A stretch of DNA of 64,000 nucleotides from a virus (lineage: Duplodnaviria; Caudoviricetes): positions 3,032-67,031 of IMG/VR virus record IMGVR_UViG_3300021399_000157. One strand, 5' to 3'. Below are positions 1 through 8,932 of this stretch, in pieces. Made by a program: the position numbers and the translations under genes. The notes under the pieces are model-generated. The model saw only the letters and a program-made list of their open reading frames with translations. It ran no database searches and was not told the origin of the DNA. Within the stretch, counting starts at the first letter, position 1. Every line of letters starts with the position of its first letter.

Positions 1-33
1 AATCCAAATCCTCATAATTAAATTCTCTTTTCA

Positions 34-765
34 TTATTTACCACCTAATTTCTTTTTAACTATTGCTATTGCTTCTTTCATTTGTTCTATTGATAATTTT
101 TTTGTGTCATAGTAGTCATATAAATCTTCTCTGCTCCATTGTTCATCTTTTTGTTCTAGTTCTGTCATCAATTTTAATAGTTCAATTTGTAAATCAGTAT
201 ATTGTTTTTGTTCTTCTTCAGTTAATGGTCTTTTTCCTGTTATTAGTTCTATACATTTTAGCAAGTATTCATCATCACTTTTTCCTATTAACCAATCTAT
301 GTATTCATCAGGTAATTCTCTTATTGTCTTACCATTATGTTTTCCAAATGTTAGTTTATATTCTTCTGCTTCTGTTTGTGTAGGTTCTTGATTATTTATT
401 GCATTTTGTACTTCTTCTGCACTTGATACTGATACATCTATTCCAAATCCACACATTCCTAATGCTCTACCTACTGCAGAAGTTTCACAATTCTCTATGT
501 AAGATGTTTTATTTATAAATGTACTATTTTCTTTTTCATATGCAGTTCCTGTTGCTAATAATACTCCATCTTCTGTTGTTACATTTGCTCTAAATACACA
601 TACACCATTCTCATTGCTTACCATATGTGTTTGAATACATCCTTGTGGATATATCATTCTAAATGCTTTTATTCTTTGATTTACTTCTGCATAATCTTTT
701 CCTCTAATGTCTGTTGGTTTGATTGTTTCATTTGCTTTTTGTATATCTTCATATTTAATTTCCAT
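34..765 (-). CDS. Single-strand annealing recombinase (Sak/Rad52-like) with C-terminal LTFGKH-type domain
   Basis: ENCETSAVGRALG motif typical of phage Rad52-like SSAPs; early region; C-terminal YKLTFGKHNGKTIRELPDEYIDWL. Confidence 0.65.
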   Translation of the reverse strand: MEIKYEDIQKANETIKPTDIRGKDYAEVNQRIKAFRMIYPQGCIQTHMVSNENGVCVFRANVTTEDGVLLATGTAYEKENSTFINKTSYIENCETSAVGRALGMCGFGIDVSVSSAEEVQNAINNQEPTQTEAEEYKLTFGKHNGKTIRELPDEYIDWLIGKSDDEYLLKCIELITGKRPLTEEEQKQYTDLQIELLKLMTELEQKDEQWSREDLYDYYDTKKLSIEQMKEAIAIVKKKLGGK

Positions 766-1018
766 TTTTATCTTCTCCTATCTTTTCTAATTTACTTAAT
801 GGTACTTCATAACATCTAGGTATTCTTCTTGCTTGTGTAGTATCTTCAGGTCTAATATGACACTTTTTAACCTCTTCCCCACTTATTCTATATGTTCCTT
901 TTAAACTAGGTGTTTTTGAAAATGTTATGATGTTTTCATCTGCAACTTTATATGTTGCTAATAACACCATTCTATCCTTCCATCTAGGTTGCCATATGTC
1001 AAAATAACTTTTTCCCAC
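755..1018 (-). CDS. Hypothetical protein
   Basis: 87 aa ORF overlapping neighbours in the early operon. Confidence 0.6.
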   Translation of the reverse strand: MGKSYFDIWQPRWKDRMVLLATYKVADENIITFSKTPSLKGTYRISGEEVKKCHIRPEDTTQARRIPRCYEVPLSKLEKIGEDKNGN

Positions 1019-1020
1019 TT

Positions 1021-1263
1021 TTACTTACCTCCTTTTAAGTCTTTGACTTTTTTTCTTAATCTTGTATTTTCTTTTTTTAATCTTTCTACTTCATCTTGAT
1101 TTTCTAAAGTTCTCATTAATGTTTCTGTTATTCTAGATTTTATTATATATTCTAGTTCTACTTTTTCTATCTCTAGAGTATTTATTCTTCGTTGCATCTT
1201 CATTTTGTTTTTTAGAGGTGCAATTATTATATTTAATATTTTCTTAATGAAATTCATTTTCAC
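1021..1263 (-). CDS. Hypothetical coiled-coil protein (homolog of 32538-32768)
   Basis: Shares INTLE..K.ELE and EVERL..EN..LR with the phage B ORF. Confidence 0.65.
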   Translation of the reverse strand: MKMNFIKKILNIIIAPLKNKMKMQRRINTLEIEKVELEYIIKSRITETLMRTLENQDEVERLKKENTRLRKKVKDLKGGK

Positions 1264-1471
1264 TCACCCCATACATTTTATAAGGACTTATTGGTTCATA
1301 GTTGTCTTTTATCATTTGCTTGTAATCTTCGTATTCTTCTTTTACTCTATCTACTTCATTATCTAAATCTTCTATTACTCTTATTAAGTCATCTACACTT
1401 ACTAAATCTTCTTTAAAATGCTTTTGTGTCCATTCATTTAGTTCTTCTTTTTTTATAAATATATTATCCAT
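1244..1471 (-). CDS. Hypothetical acidic phage protein
   Basis: 75 aa ORF with RBS, overlapping operon arrangement. Confidence 0.65.
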   Translation of the reverse strand: MDNIFIKKEELNEWTQKHFKEDLVSVDDLIRVIEDLDNEVDRVKEEYEDYKQMIKDNYEPISPYKMYGVSENEFH

Positions 1472-1670
1472 TTCTTATCATTCTCCTTAACTTATCCCTA
1501 AATTCATTCTTTTTTTCATCTTCTTCATAAAGATATACCATCTTACCACAATTTCTGCATATATCTCTTTTGTATTTATTGGTTAGTCTTACTCTATGTC
1601 CACAATTTTTACAAGTTCCTGTAAAGTTTTGCAACTCCTCTATCATTTTTGTATCTTCTTTCCAACTCAT
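1464..1670 (-). CDS. Small zinc-ribbon protein
   Basis: CKNC...CRNC cysteine pairs. Confidence 0.65.
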   Translation of the reverse strand: MSWKEDTKMIEELQNFTGTCKNCGHRVRLTNKYKRDICRNCGKMVYLYEEDEKKNEFRDKLRRMIRNG

Positions 1671-2560
1671 TAAAAATCCTCCAATAAAGCATCCATCTCT
1701 TCCTGTTCTTGTTTTGATAAAGGTTTTACTATTTGTTCTTCATTAAACCAATTTGGTAAATAAGAGTTATTATTTGCATTTTTTTCCCAAGTTCTTACTG
1801 ATGCTTTCCAATCCTTCATCTTATTCTTACCAACATACCAATTTTTACTTTCATAAAAATCATAAAACTTATTAGGATTTACATCATTATGTCTTTCTTC
1901 ACAATATGCTTTTATTTCTTCAATAGATGGTTTTTTAAATATCATTTCTCCATTTGGTATTATTCCTCTACTATGTTGATTACAATAATATTTACCATTT
2001 ATTAAATATGATGCTTTTCTTGTACATTTTTCATTATTTGATTTTGTAATACATTCACAAATTTTATTTTCCTTAAAAACATTTTTAATTGTTATTGTAT
2101 CATCACATATATTATTATCTTTATCTATCTCTATATCTTTCTCTTTCTCTATCTCTATGTTGCATTTTGTTGCATTGGTGTTGCATTGCAACATTTTTTT
2201 CTTTTCTCTAGACTTTCTTGACCTTATTGTAGAAGCAGTTTCACTCCCTATGCATTGTCTAGTTTCAATAAGTTCATACTCATCAACTTCCTTTTGTTCT
2301 AATAATCCATTCCTCATTAAGAAGTTGATAGTAACTTTAACATCCTCAACATTTTCATCTATTTCTAGTGCTATTTCTTCTTCAAATGTATCTTCAACAT
2401 TATCAAAATATAAATATCCATCATCCTTAAGTGATAGTAATTGCATTTTTAAATAAATGATTGTGTAGGTATCACCCCCTGCTATTGTTCTTAACTTTTT
2501 TATCCTTTTATCTGTAAAAAAGTCATTCTTAAGTTTTAACCAATAGTATTTTTTGTTCAT
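1670..2560 (-). CDS. Phage replication initiator (replisome organizer N-terminal type)
   Basis: KYYWLKLKNDFF..KRIKKLRTIAGGDTYTIIYLKM N-terminus; internal iterons; C-terminal KMKDWKASVRTWE helix. Confidence 0.85.
   Translation of the reverse strand: MNKKYYWLKLKNDFFTDKRIKKLRTIAGGDTYTIIYLKMQLLSLKDDGYLYFDNVEDTFEEEIALEIDENVEDVKVTINFLMRNGLLEQKEVDEYELIETRQCIGSETASTIRSRKSREKKKMLQCNTNATKCNIEIEKEKDIEIDKDNNICDDTITIKNVFKENKICECITKSNNEKCTRKASYLINGKYYCNQHSRGIIPNGEMIFKKPSIEEIKAYCEERHNDVNPNKFYDFYESKNWYVGKNKMKDWKASVRTWEKNANNNSYLPNWFNEEQIVKPLSKQEQEEMDALLEDF
2158..2193. repeat. Iteron-like TGTTGCATT repeats inside the replication gene (putative phage A origin)
   Basis: Three direct TGTTGCATT copies plus an inverted TGCAACA, next to a TCT(A/T)TC-rich tract. 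Confidence 0.6.
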
Positions 2561-2563
2561 TGT

Positions 2564-2782
2564 TTACTCCTTTACATTTTTGAATTCATTAATTAAATTA
2601 TCTACTGACTTAAGACTTACTAACATCATAAAGCAATATAATGCAAAATACATATATCCAAATGTTTTTGTTGTTGTTACAATTATGTATGTTGTCCATA
2701 ATACTGCAGGTGTACTAATTAAAAATATAACTAGGTTTAAAACTGAATTCCATTTTACTTTCATATCCTTATCTCCTTTCAT
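2564..2782 (-). CDS. Small two-TM membrane protein (likely start 2764)
   Basis: Two hydrophobic stretches; first gene after the early promoter. Confidence 0.6.
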   Translation of the reverse strand: MKGDKDMKVKWNSVLNLVIFLISTPAVLWTTYIIVTTTKTFGYMYFALYCFMMLVSLKSVDNLINEFKNVKE

Positions 2783-2793
2783 CTTATAATTCC

Positions 2794-2822
2794 ATTTTAT
2801 ATGATGTCTTTGTACAAGTCAA
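2794..2822 (-). promoter_or_regulatory. Sigma70-type promoter for the phage A early operon
   Basis: TTGACT-17 bp-TAAAAT on the minus strand. Confidence 0.65.
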
Positions 2823-2846
2823 TATAATATTATGGTAAATTTTAAA

Positions 2847-2875
2847 TTGTACACTTTAATGTCAAATGATATAAT
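2847..2875 (+). promoter_or_regulatory. Divergent sigma70-type promoter for the HNH-like gene
   Basis: TTGTAC-17 bp-TATAAT. Confidence 0.6.
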
Positions 2876-2890
2876 AAAGATGGTGATTAA

Positions 2891-3178
2891 ATGAATATAA
2901 AGACTTTAGAAAAAAATAGATATTCAATTTTAATTAATGACTTATCTAGATGTTATTTTTGTGGTAAACCTAAAAATCACTTACACGAGATATACTTTGG
3001 TAAGAATAGAATTAACTCTATGAAATATGGTTGTGTAGTTCCTTTATGTGCCTCTTGTCATTCAAAAGTACACTCCAATGTAGAATTAGACCTAAAACTA
3101 AAAAAACTCTGTCAAAAAAGATTTATTGAAGTCTATGATGATGATTTCTTATCTATCTTTAGAAAAAATTACATATAA
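2891..3178 (+). CDS. Small zinc-binding HNH-fold nuclease-like protein
   Basis: CYFC...HLHEIYFG...PLCASCHSKVH. Confidence 0.7.
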   Translation: MNIKTLEKNRYSILINDLSRCYFCGKPKNHLHEIYFGKNRINSMKYGCVVPLCASCHSKVHSNVELDLKLKKLCQKRFIEVYDDDFLSIFRKNYI

Positions 3179-3205
3179 AAAACAGGATTATATGTCCTGT
3201 TTTTA
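3176..3205. terminator. Bidirectional intrinsic terminator
   Basis: AAAAAACAGGA-ttatatg-TCCTGTTTTT between convergent genes. Confidence 0.75.
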
Positions 3206-3321
3206 TTTTGCTTTAATAAATGCCTTTATTTTGCATTTTATGTTTTAAATGAATAATTATACTATCTTTATCTTAATCGTTAAATTTGACCTGTTTCTGT
3301 TAGTCTAGAGGTATAATTTAA

Positions 3322-4122
3322 TTATATCTTTATTAATTTACCTTTTTTTAGTAAATCTAGCATCTTTTTATTTTGACTAGGTAAACCTACATAAGCAGTT
3401 ATTCCATTCTTTTTTGCTATCTTCTTTCTATAACTAAATGAACTATCTACCCCTATTGCTTTTAATCCATCTACTATACTTACTGATTTACCTGTATATT
3501 TTTTGTAATAAGATACACTAGGTTTAGTTTCTTTTTTTAATGGTGGTAAATATTGAAATTTTATATTTCTTGTTTTTAATACTTTTGTGAAGTTTTTATC
3601 TATATAAAATATATCTTCAGGTTTTCTACAATCTCCTTTAGTTACATATTTTCCTCTAGAATTTTTTACTGATTTATTAGCACTTCCTATTCCACAAGTA
3701 AAATGTAAATGATTAGCAGTTGCAGTTTCTTTACCTTCCAAGCATATAGGTTCTCCTGCTTTAAACACTTTTCCTTTTTTTATTCCAAATTTCTTTACAT
3801 CACTATCTTCAAAATGTACTGCAGTCATAAATATTTGATGATAACCTATTGGTGTATGTACTTTTTTTGTTGATACTAAAAATACTTTGTTAGATACTTT
3901 ACCATTACCTATTCCTTGTACATTTGTTACTTTCATATCTATAGGACTAAAAAGATAATCTCTCCCACCATCTTCTCCTCCCAAATCAGTAGGAAAATCT
4001 TTTGGTGTAGCACCATACCAATGTGCTTTGTGATTTCCTTCATTGTATGATTGAGTAATTTTCATATAATGCATAGGAAATTTAGCATAATCTTCATATC
4101 CTTTTGTAAAATGAAATGCCAT
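3322..4122 (-). CDS. Endolysin, M23-type metallopeptidase with C-terminal cell-wall binding domain
   Basis: H...D and NHLHF zinc motifs; Lys-rich C-terminal domain; follows holin; RBS GAGGAG favours start 4122. Confidence 0.75.
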   Translation of the reverse strand: MAFHFTKGYEDYAKFPMHYMKITQSYNEGNHKAHWYGATPKDFPTDLGGEDGGRDYLFSPIDMKVTNVQGIGNGKVSNKVFLVSTKKVHTPIGYHQIFMTAVHFEDSDVKKFGIKKGKVFKAGEPICLEGKETATANHLHFTCGIGSANKSVKNSRGKYVTKGDCRKPEDIFYIDKNFTKVLKTRNIKFQYLPPLKKETKPSVSYYKKYTGKSVSIVDGLKAIGVDSSFSYRKKIAKKNGITAYVGLPSQNKKMLDLLKKGKLIKI

Positions 4123-4124
4123 AC

Positions 4125-4355
4125 TTACCACTCCTCTTCATCAAAATCAAAATCTTCATTAAATTCTTCATCTTCAGTTGAGAATATTTTACCTGTTGTT
4201 AAGTATGCACTTATTACACCTGCTATTACTATAATTGTTGCACTTACTTTATCTATATTCCAATTCCATACATTTGCTAATCCTAATAATAGCATATTAA
4301 TCATATTTAGTATGTTTACTACATACTTTGATATTTTCTTTATTTTTTCTTTCAT
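4125..4355 (-). CDS. Holin
   Basis: 76 aa, two TM segments, acidic tail, directly upstream of lysin. Confidence 0.7.
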   Translation of the reverse strand: MKEKIKKISKYVVNILNMINMLLLGLANVWNWNIDKVSATIIVIAGVISAYLTTGKIFSTEDEEFNEDFDFDEEEW

Positions 4356-4365
4356 ATTTATCCTC

Positions 4366-6834
4366 CTAATCTATTACTTCAACTTTCATATAAGTTTGTA
4401 ACATATCATTTGATAATGTTTGTCTTGCAGTATCTCCACTACCACCATACACATACATTCCAATTAAATCTCCTTCAGTTACATTACATATAATTTCACT
4501 TGCAACTAATTGACTTACACCTGTATTTGGTTCCCTTCTTAATTGCATTGTTATTGTAGTTCCATCTAAATTGCTTGCATTATAATTTTTTGTTATTCTC
4601 ATATACTTATCACCAGCAGCACCTTTACTAAATGCAAATGTACCACTTACCTTTATTCTTCTTACACCACTACCTATTAATACCTGTCCTGAACTTTCTG
4701 CTAATCTAGTACCACTAGAAATATAAGTTGTTAAATTTAATTTTGCATATGAATTACTAAAACTTTGACTTGATGGTAAGTGCATAACAATATAATTATT
4801 TTCTTCTGTCTTTGCTACTGCACCACTTCCACCTATTCCATAAATACCTATAACTGCTATGGTTGCACCTGATGTTGCATTACCCCCAGCAGTTACTGCA
4901 CTTGTTGATAAATCTCTGTGTTGCACTCTTGAACTTTCCCAACTAGCACTTTTTTCATATATATCTATTGTTGCATTTCTTATTTGTTGCCTTGAACTAG
5001 TATAACCATATACTAGACTTAAATTTACATTATTCATACCTGCTTTGTTATTAGGTACATCTACAAATTGAGAAGCATTGTTTCCCCAATTGTCTAGTTT
5101 ATATACAATTCTTAATGTATCAAAATCATATTTAGATTGTGACCAACTTATTGAACTTGTACTTGCTGCACTAAATGTACCTTCCCAAAGGGTAGTTACT
5201 TTAGCACCACTACCATTTTTGATTTCTGTCATTATATCTGTTGCTTCCCATTTTGTGCTATCAAATGTTCCTGTTGTTGTTCCTGTACATTTTTGTAATG
5301 AACCATTATATACACAATAATCTCCTGTTTCATATGTTGATGTACTATCATATCTAGGTGTTCCTGTTAATCCAAATACTTCTACATTGTTTTCTCCATC
5401 TTCATCTGCTAGATTTAATTCTCCATTAATTTGTAAATCACTTTCACCTAAACTCATTGATGGTACTGCTTTATTTATTGTATATGTATAAACTAATGGT
5501 GTACTTATATTTGCATCAGTTACTTGTAATTCTATTGTGTATGATTTGTTATATACTGCAGTTAATACTAGATTTTCATCTATATACCATTTTGTTCTAT
5601 TTGTATTATCATCATAGGTTACATTAAAGTCATATAGATTACTCCAATCTCCATCACTTTCTTTATACCTATATGATGCATATATTCCATTACCTGTTAC
5701 TCCATTGATGTTATCAGGTTGCATTGTACCTTCAAATGTTGCTCTTGTAGTACCACTTAAATCTGTTCTTTCTACTAATTGCCTTGTTAGAGTTATTGGT
5801 GTATATGTTTCATAACTATCATATTCATCATTAAATTGCATTGAATAATCTCTACTATCAGTTATTGTTATAGTTACTATATTAGATGTCATTGCATTTT
5901 GAAAAGTATAATCAAAATTATATGATGTACCACTTAAATTTATTGTATTTGTTAAATCTCCACATTTAAGTGTTATCTTTGATAATGTTGCTCCATCGTG
6001 ACTTTCTAATGTCATTTGGTATCTAGGTTTACTTAATCCTAATATTGCTTTAGTCATACTTGAACCAATAGCATTTATTACATTTGTATCAGTTTCTTCT
6101 TTAGTGAAATTTGAATATGTAGGACTACTTGTTGCAGGTACACTTAATGTAAATGATGTTGTTTTTGACCCTATATTGGTACTTCCTGAATATGTTATAC
6201 AAGTTATGGTACAAGTCTTACTACTTTCTGTTGAACTAAATTCATTTATTAAACTACTAGGTGGTGTCCAATCTACTGATGCTCCTACACCTGTTGCTAT
6301 CGTTCCTGTTGAATTCCCAAAACTATATGTCAATGTATGAGTAAAACTATTACTTGCTCTATTGGTATAAATTGTTTGTGTCATACCTAATTCAAAACCT
6401 GTATATAATACACTAGGTTGACTTGCTCTAGGTATTGTTGGTAATGAAAAGTTTACTGAACCTGAACCACTTACTGAACCTGATGAACTTATTTTATATG
6501 TGATTGTATCACTATATGTTCCTGTTGTACTATGTTTTACTGAATAAGTATATGTTGCTATTGTCTTTTCACTACCTTTTGAATAACTTGTTGAACCTAG
6601 ATTTGTAGAATAACTTGTAGTACCACTTGTATGATTATAAATACCACTTATTCCACAAGAACCACTACTGAATGAACCATAACTACCATTACCATATAAT
6701 CTTAACTGAATACTTATATTAGATGTATTCCCACTTGTACTTTGTGAGTTGTATTTACCATATATCCTTAATTGAGAATATGTAGATGTACTTATCGTTC
6801 CTAATTTTTGATATGAAGTTGTTAATGTTGCCAT
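4366..6834 (-). CDS. Tail fiber / receptor-binding protein (DUF859-like N-terminus)
   Basis: Ser/Thr-rich beta protein; LPTIPRASQP..TNRASNSFTHTLTY; CBM-like YDSTSTYETGDYCVY segment; last tail gene. Confidence 0.75.
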   Translation of the reverse strand: MATLTTSYQKLGTISTSTYSQLRIYGKYNSQSTSGNTSNISIQLRLYGNGSYGSFSSGSCGISGIYNHTSGTTSYSTNLGSTSYSKGSEKTIATYTYSVKHSTTGTYSDTITYKISSSGSVSGSGSVNFSLPTIPRASQPSVLYTGFELGMTQTIYTNRASNSFTHTLTYSFGNSTGTIATGVGASVDWTPPSSLINEFSSTESSKTCTITCITYSGSTNIGSKTTSFTLSVPATSSPTYSNFTKEETDTNVINAIGSSMTKAILGLSKPRYQMTLESHDGATLSKITLKCGDLTNTINLSGTSYNFDYTFQNAMTSNIVTITITDSRDYSMQFNDEYDSYETYTPITLTRQLVERTDLSGTTRATFEGTMQPDNINGVTGNGIYASYRYKESDGDWSNLYDFNVTYDDNTNRTKWYIDENLVLTAVYNKSYTIELQVTDANISTPLVYTYTINKAVPSMSLGESDLQINGELNLADEDGENNVEVFGLTGTPRYDSTSTYETGDYCVYNGSLQKCTGTTTGTFDSTKWEATDIMTEIKNGSGAKVTTLWEGTFSAASTSSISWSQSKYDFDTLRIVYKLDNWGNNASQFVDVPNNKAGMNNVNLSLVYGYTSSRQQIRNATIDIYEKSASWESSRVQHRDLSTSAVTAGGNATSGATIAVIGIYGIGGSGAVAKTEENNYIVMHLPSSQSFSNSYAKLNLTTYISSGTRLAESSGQVLIGSGVRRIKVSGTFAFSKGAAGDKYMRITKNYNASNLDGTTITMQLRREPNTGVSQLVASEIICNVTEGDLIGMYVYGGSGDTARQTLSNDMLQTYMKVEVID

Positions 6835-6835
6835 A

Positions 6836-8542
6836 CTAACCTCCTATATAGAACCATCCTGTTCTATTTTGTCCTTCCATTTTTTCTACTCTATGATAAC
6901 CTGCAATAAAATAATGTTCTACTTCTAGATTATCCAAGTATGCTCCATCATTATTGAATACTGCTAATTCTCCTGTTGTATCTAATATTTTAAATGCATC
7001 ATTTGTCATTTGTGTCTTTATTTGACTTGTATTAGTTTGTACTAAAATACCATCACTATCTATTTGCACTAATGAGTTTTTAACACTTGTTATGTTGCCA
7101 TTATCATCCAATACTTCATCTAGTTTACTTACTGATATTTGTACATTTTCTTCTGCTTGAGTTACTCTTGTTCCTAGACTTGTTATTGCATTACCATTTG
7201 CATCTATTTGCTCTTGTAAGTTTGATATATCTGTTTGACTTGCTACTTCTCCTACGATTTGTCCTAATTGCTTATTTACAATTAGTGTAGTTTGTAATGC
7301 CATCTTATCTGTTGTACTTGATGTTGTATAGTCAGTTTTTGTTCCTGTTAATTCATCACAATGTATATTTTCTTCTAATCCTTGAGTGATATTAATTTCA
7401 TCTGCTAACATTAAACAATTATATGTTGTACCATCTATTGTTATGTCATATTTATCTAATGGTTCTAGATATGTTATTCCTGTACTTGAAAAATCAGTTA
7501 TGTAATATTCTGTTCCTTTTACTTTATTGAATATTGCATCTATCCATTCTTCTCTATCATTTTGACTTAATAATTGGTTATCACTAAATGATAATTCTGT
7601 TTCACCATTTGCTTCAATAGATGTTTCATCACTCCTATAGATTACATCACTATCTGCACTTCTCGTTAAACTTAATTTATTTATTTCACCATATTTCTTT
7701 CCAAAATTAACATTGATATTTTTGCAACTTTCTTCATCAAATACTTCATTTGTTGTTGTAGGTTCTATCAATTTTAAAGCAGTTCCATCAGTTATAATAG
7801 TTGTTCCTGTTGCTTCTGCTATATCATCTAATACATCTCTAAATGTATATCCTATACTTGCACCTTCATTATCAACATATAAATCTTGTGTTAATACTTT
7901 ATCATAGTTAGCAAATGTATCACTTTCATTATAAAATGTTAATCCTATATGTGATGCTATTCTACTTATATAATCTCTTAATGTTATTGATATACTTTCT
8001 ATTACATAAATAGTTCCTGTTATAGCATCTCCTACTTCATAATCAGTTCCTTCTTCTAGTAATTTATATTCACCATCTACTAATTGATAATACTCTATAC
8101 CATCTTGATATGTTGCATCTAATGTTTGTACAAATTGTCTTAAATCTACTCCATCATAGGGTATCATTGAATTTAACATATAATCATAGCAAGTATAACT
8201 ATAACTTAATGTATCTTCTTTCTTTTGACCTTCTTTTATTAAGAATTCTCCAAAATCCACATATTCATAATTATCTCTATAATCATTTACATCATCATCT
8301 GCTACTTTTATTCCAAATTGACAAATGATAATAGCATTACTAGGTATTTCTTGATTTACATCTAATACTAATTGTTTCATTATGGATTTAAACAATTCTC
8401 CATTATAACTAAATGATACTGAGTTAATATCTTCTGTATCTAATAATGTACTTACTCCATTGACTTCATATGATAGTTTTACATCTATTTCTCTACCAAC
8501 AGACTTTATATTATTTTTAAATGTTTGACTTACTACCTTCAT
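6836..8542 (-). CDS. Baseplate hub / Tal-like tail protein
   Basis: Position after Dit-like gene; coiled-coil C-terminal region. Confidence 0.6.
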   Translation of the reverse strand: MKVVSQTFKNNIKSVGREIDVKLSYEVNGVSTLLDTEDINSVSFSYNGELFKSIMKQLVLDVNQEIPSNAIIICQFGIKVADDDVNDYRDNYEYVDFGEFLIKEGQKKEDTLSYSYTCYDYMLNSMIPYDGVDLRQFVQTLDATYQDGIEYYQLVDGEYKLLEEGTDYEVGDAITGTIYVIESISITLRDYISRIASHIGLTFYNESDTFANYDKVLTQDLYVDNEGASIGYTFRDVLDDIAEATGTTIITDGTALKLIEPTTTNEVFDEESCKNINVNFGKKYGEINKLSLTRSADSDVIYRSDETSIEANGETELSFSDNQLLSQNDREEWIDAIFNKVKGTEYYITDFSSTGITYLEPLDKYDITIDGTTYNCLMLADEINITQGLEENIHCDELTGTKTDYTTSSTTDKMALQTTLIVNKQLGQIVGEVASQTDISNLQEQIDANGNAITSLGTRVTQAEENVQISVSKLDEVLDDNGNITSVKNSLVQIDSDGILVQTNTSQIKTQMTNDAFKILDTTGELAVFNNDGAYLDNLEVEHYFIAGYHRVEKMEGQNRTGWFYIGG

Positions 8543-8544
8543 AA

Positions 8545-8928
8545 TTAAGACCTCTTATTTGTTGCTATAAATGATATATTAAATCCATCATTCTTGTTTG
8601 AGTTATTTATTAGATGTTTATTTGATACACTCCAATCTCCTGTATATGTAGTTATTGTTGTATATGCTTTCTTTTTAGGGTCATAATATCTAAAACTTTG
8701 AGTTACACTATCTAATATAGGTGCTATTGTTTCTAATTCTGTTTTTGTTAGTTTTCTAAAGTGTAATACAAATTTTGGGAATATTCCCACGAGTGTAGCA
8801 GACCACGACCCTTTTAAATTTCTGCCACTGTCATTTCCCCATAATTTATTGTATTGATATTCTACTTCTACTAAATATTGACCAAAGTTAGTTCCATTTA
8901 TTTGTATGCTATTTTTATCAATAAACAT
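8545..8928 (-). CDS. Distal tail (Dit-like) protein
   Basis: SGRNLKG..ATLVG motif; directly after tape measure. Confidence 0.55.
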   Translation of the reverse strand: MFIDKNSIQINGTNFGQYLVEVEYQYNKLWGNDSGRNLKGSWSATLVGIFPKFVLHFRKLTKTELETIAPILDSVTQSFRYYDPKKKAYTTITTYTGDWSVSNKHLINNSNKNDGFNISFIATNKRS

Positions 8929-8932
8929 TTAA

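Noticed and set aside
4366-6834. Diversity-generating retroelement acting on either tail fiber
   Set aside because: No reverse transcriptase and no adenine-variant template/variable repeat pair seen in the window
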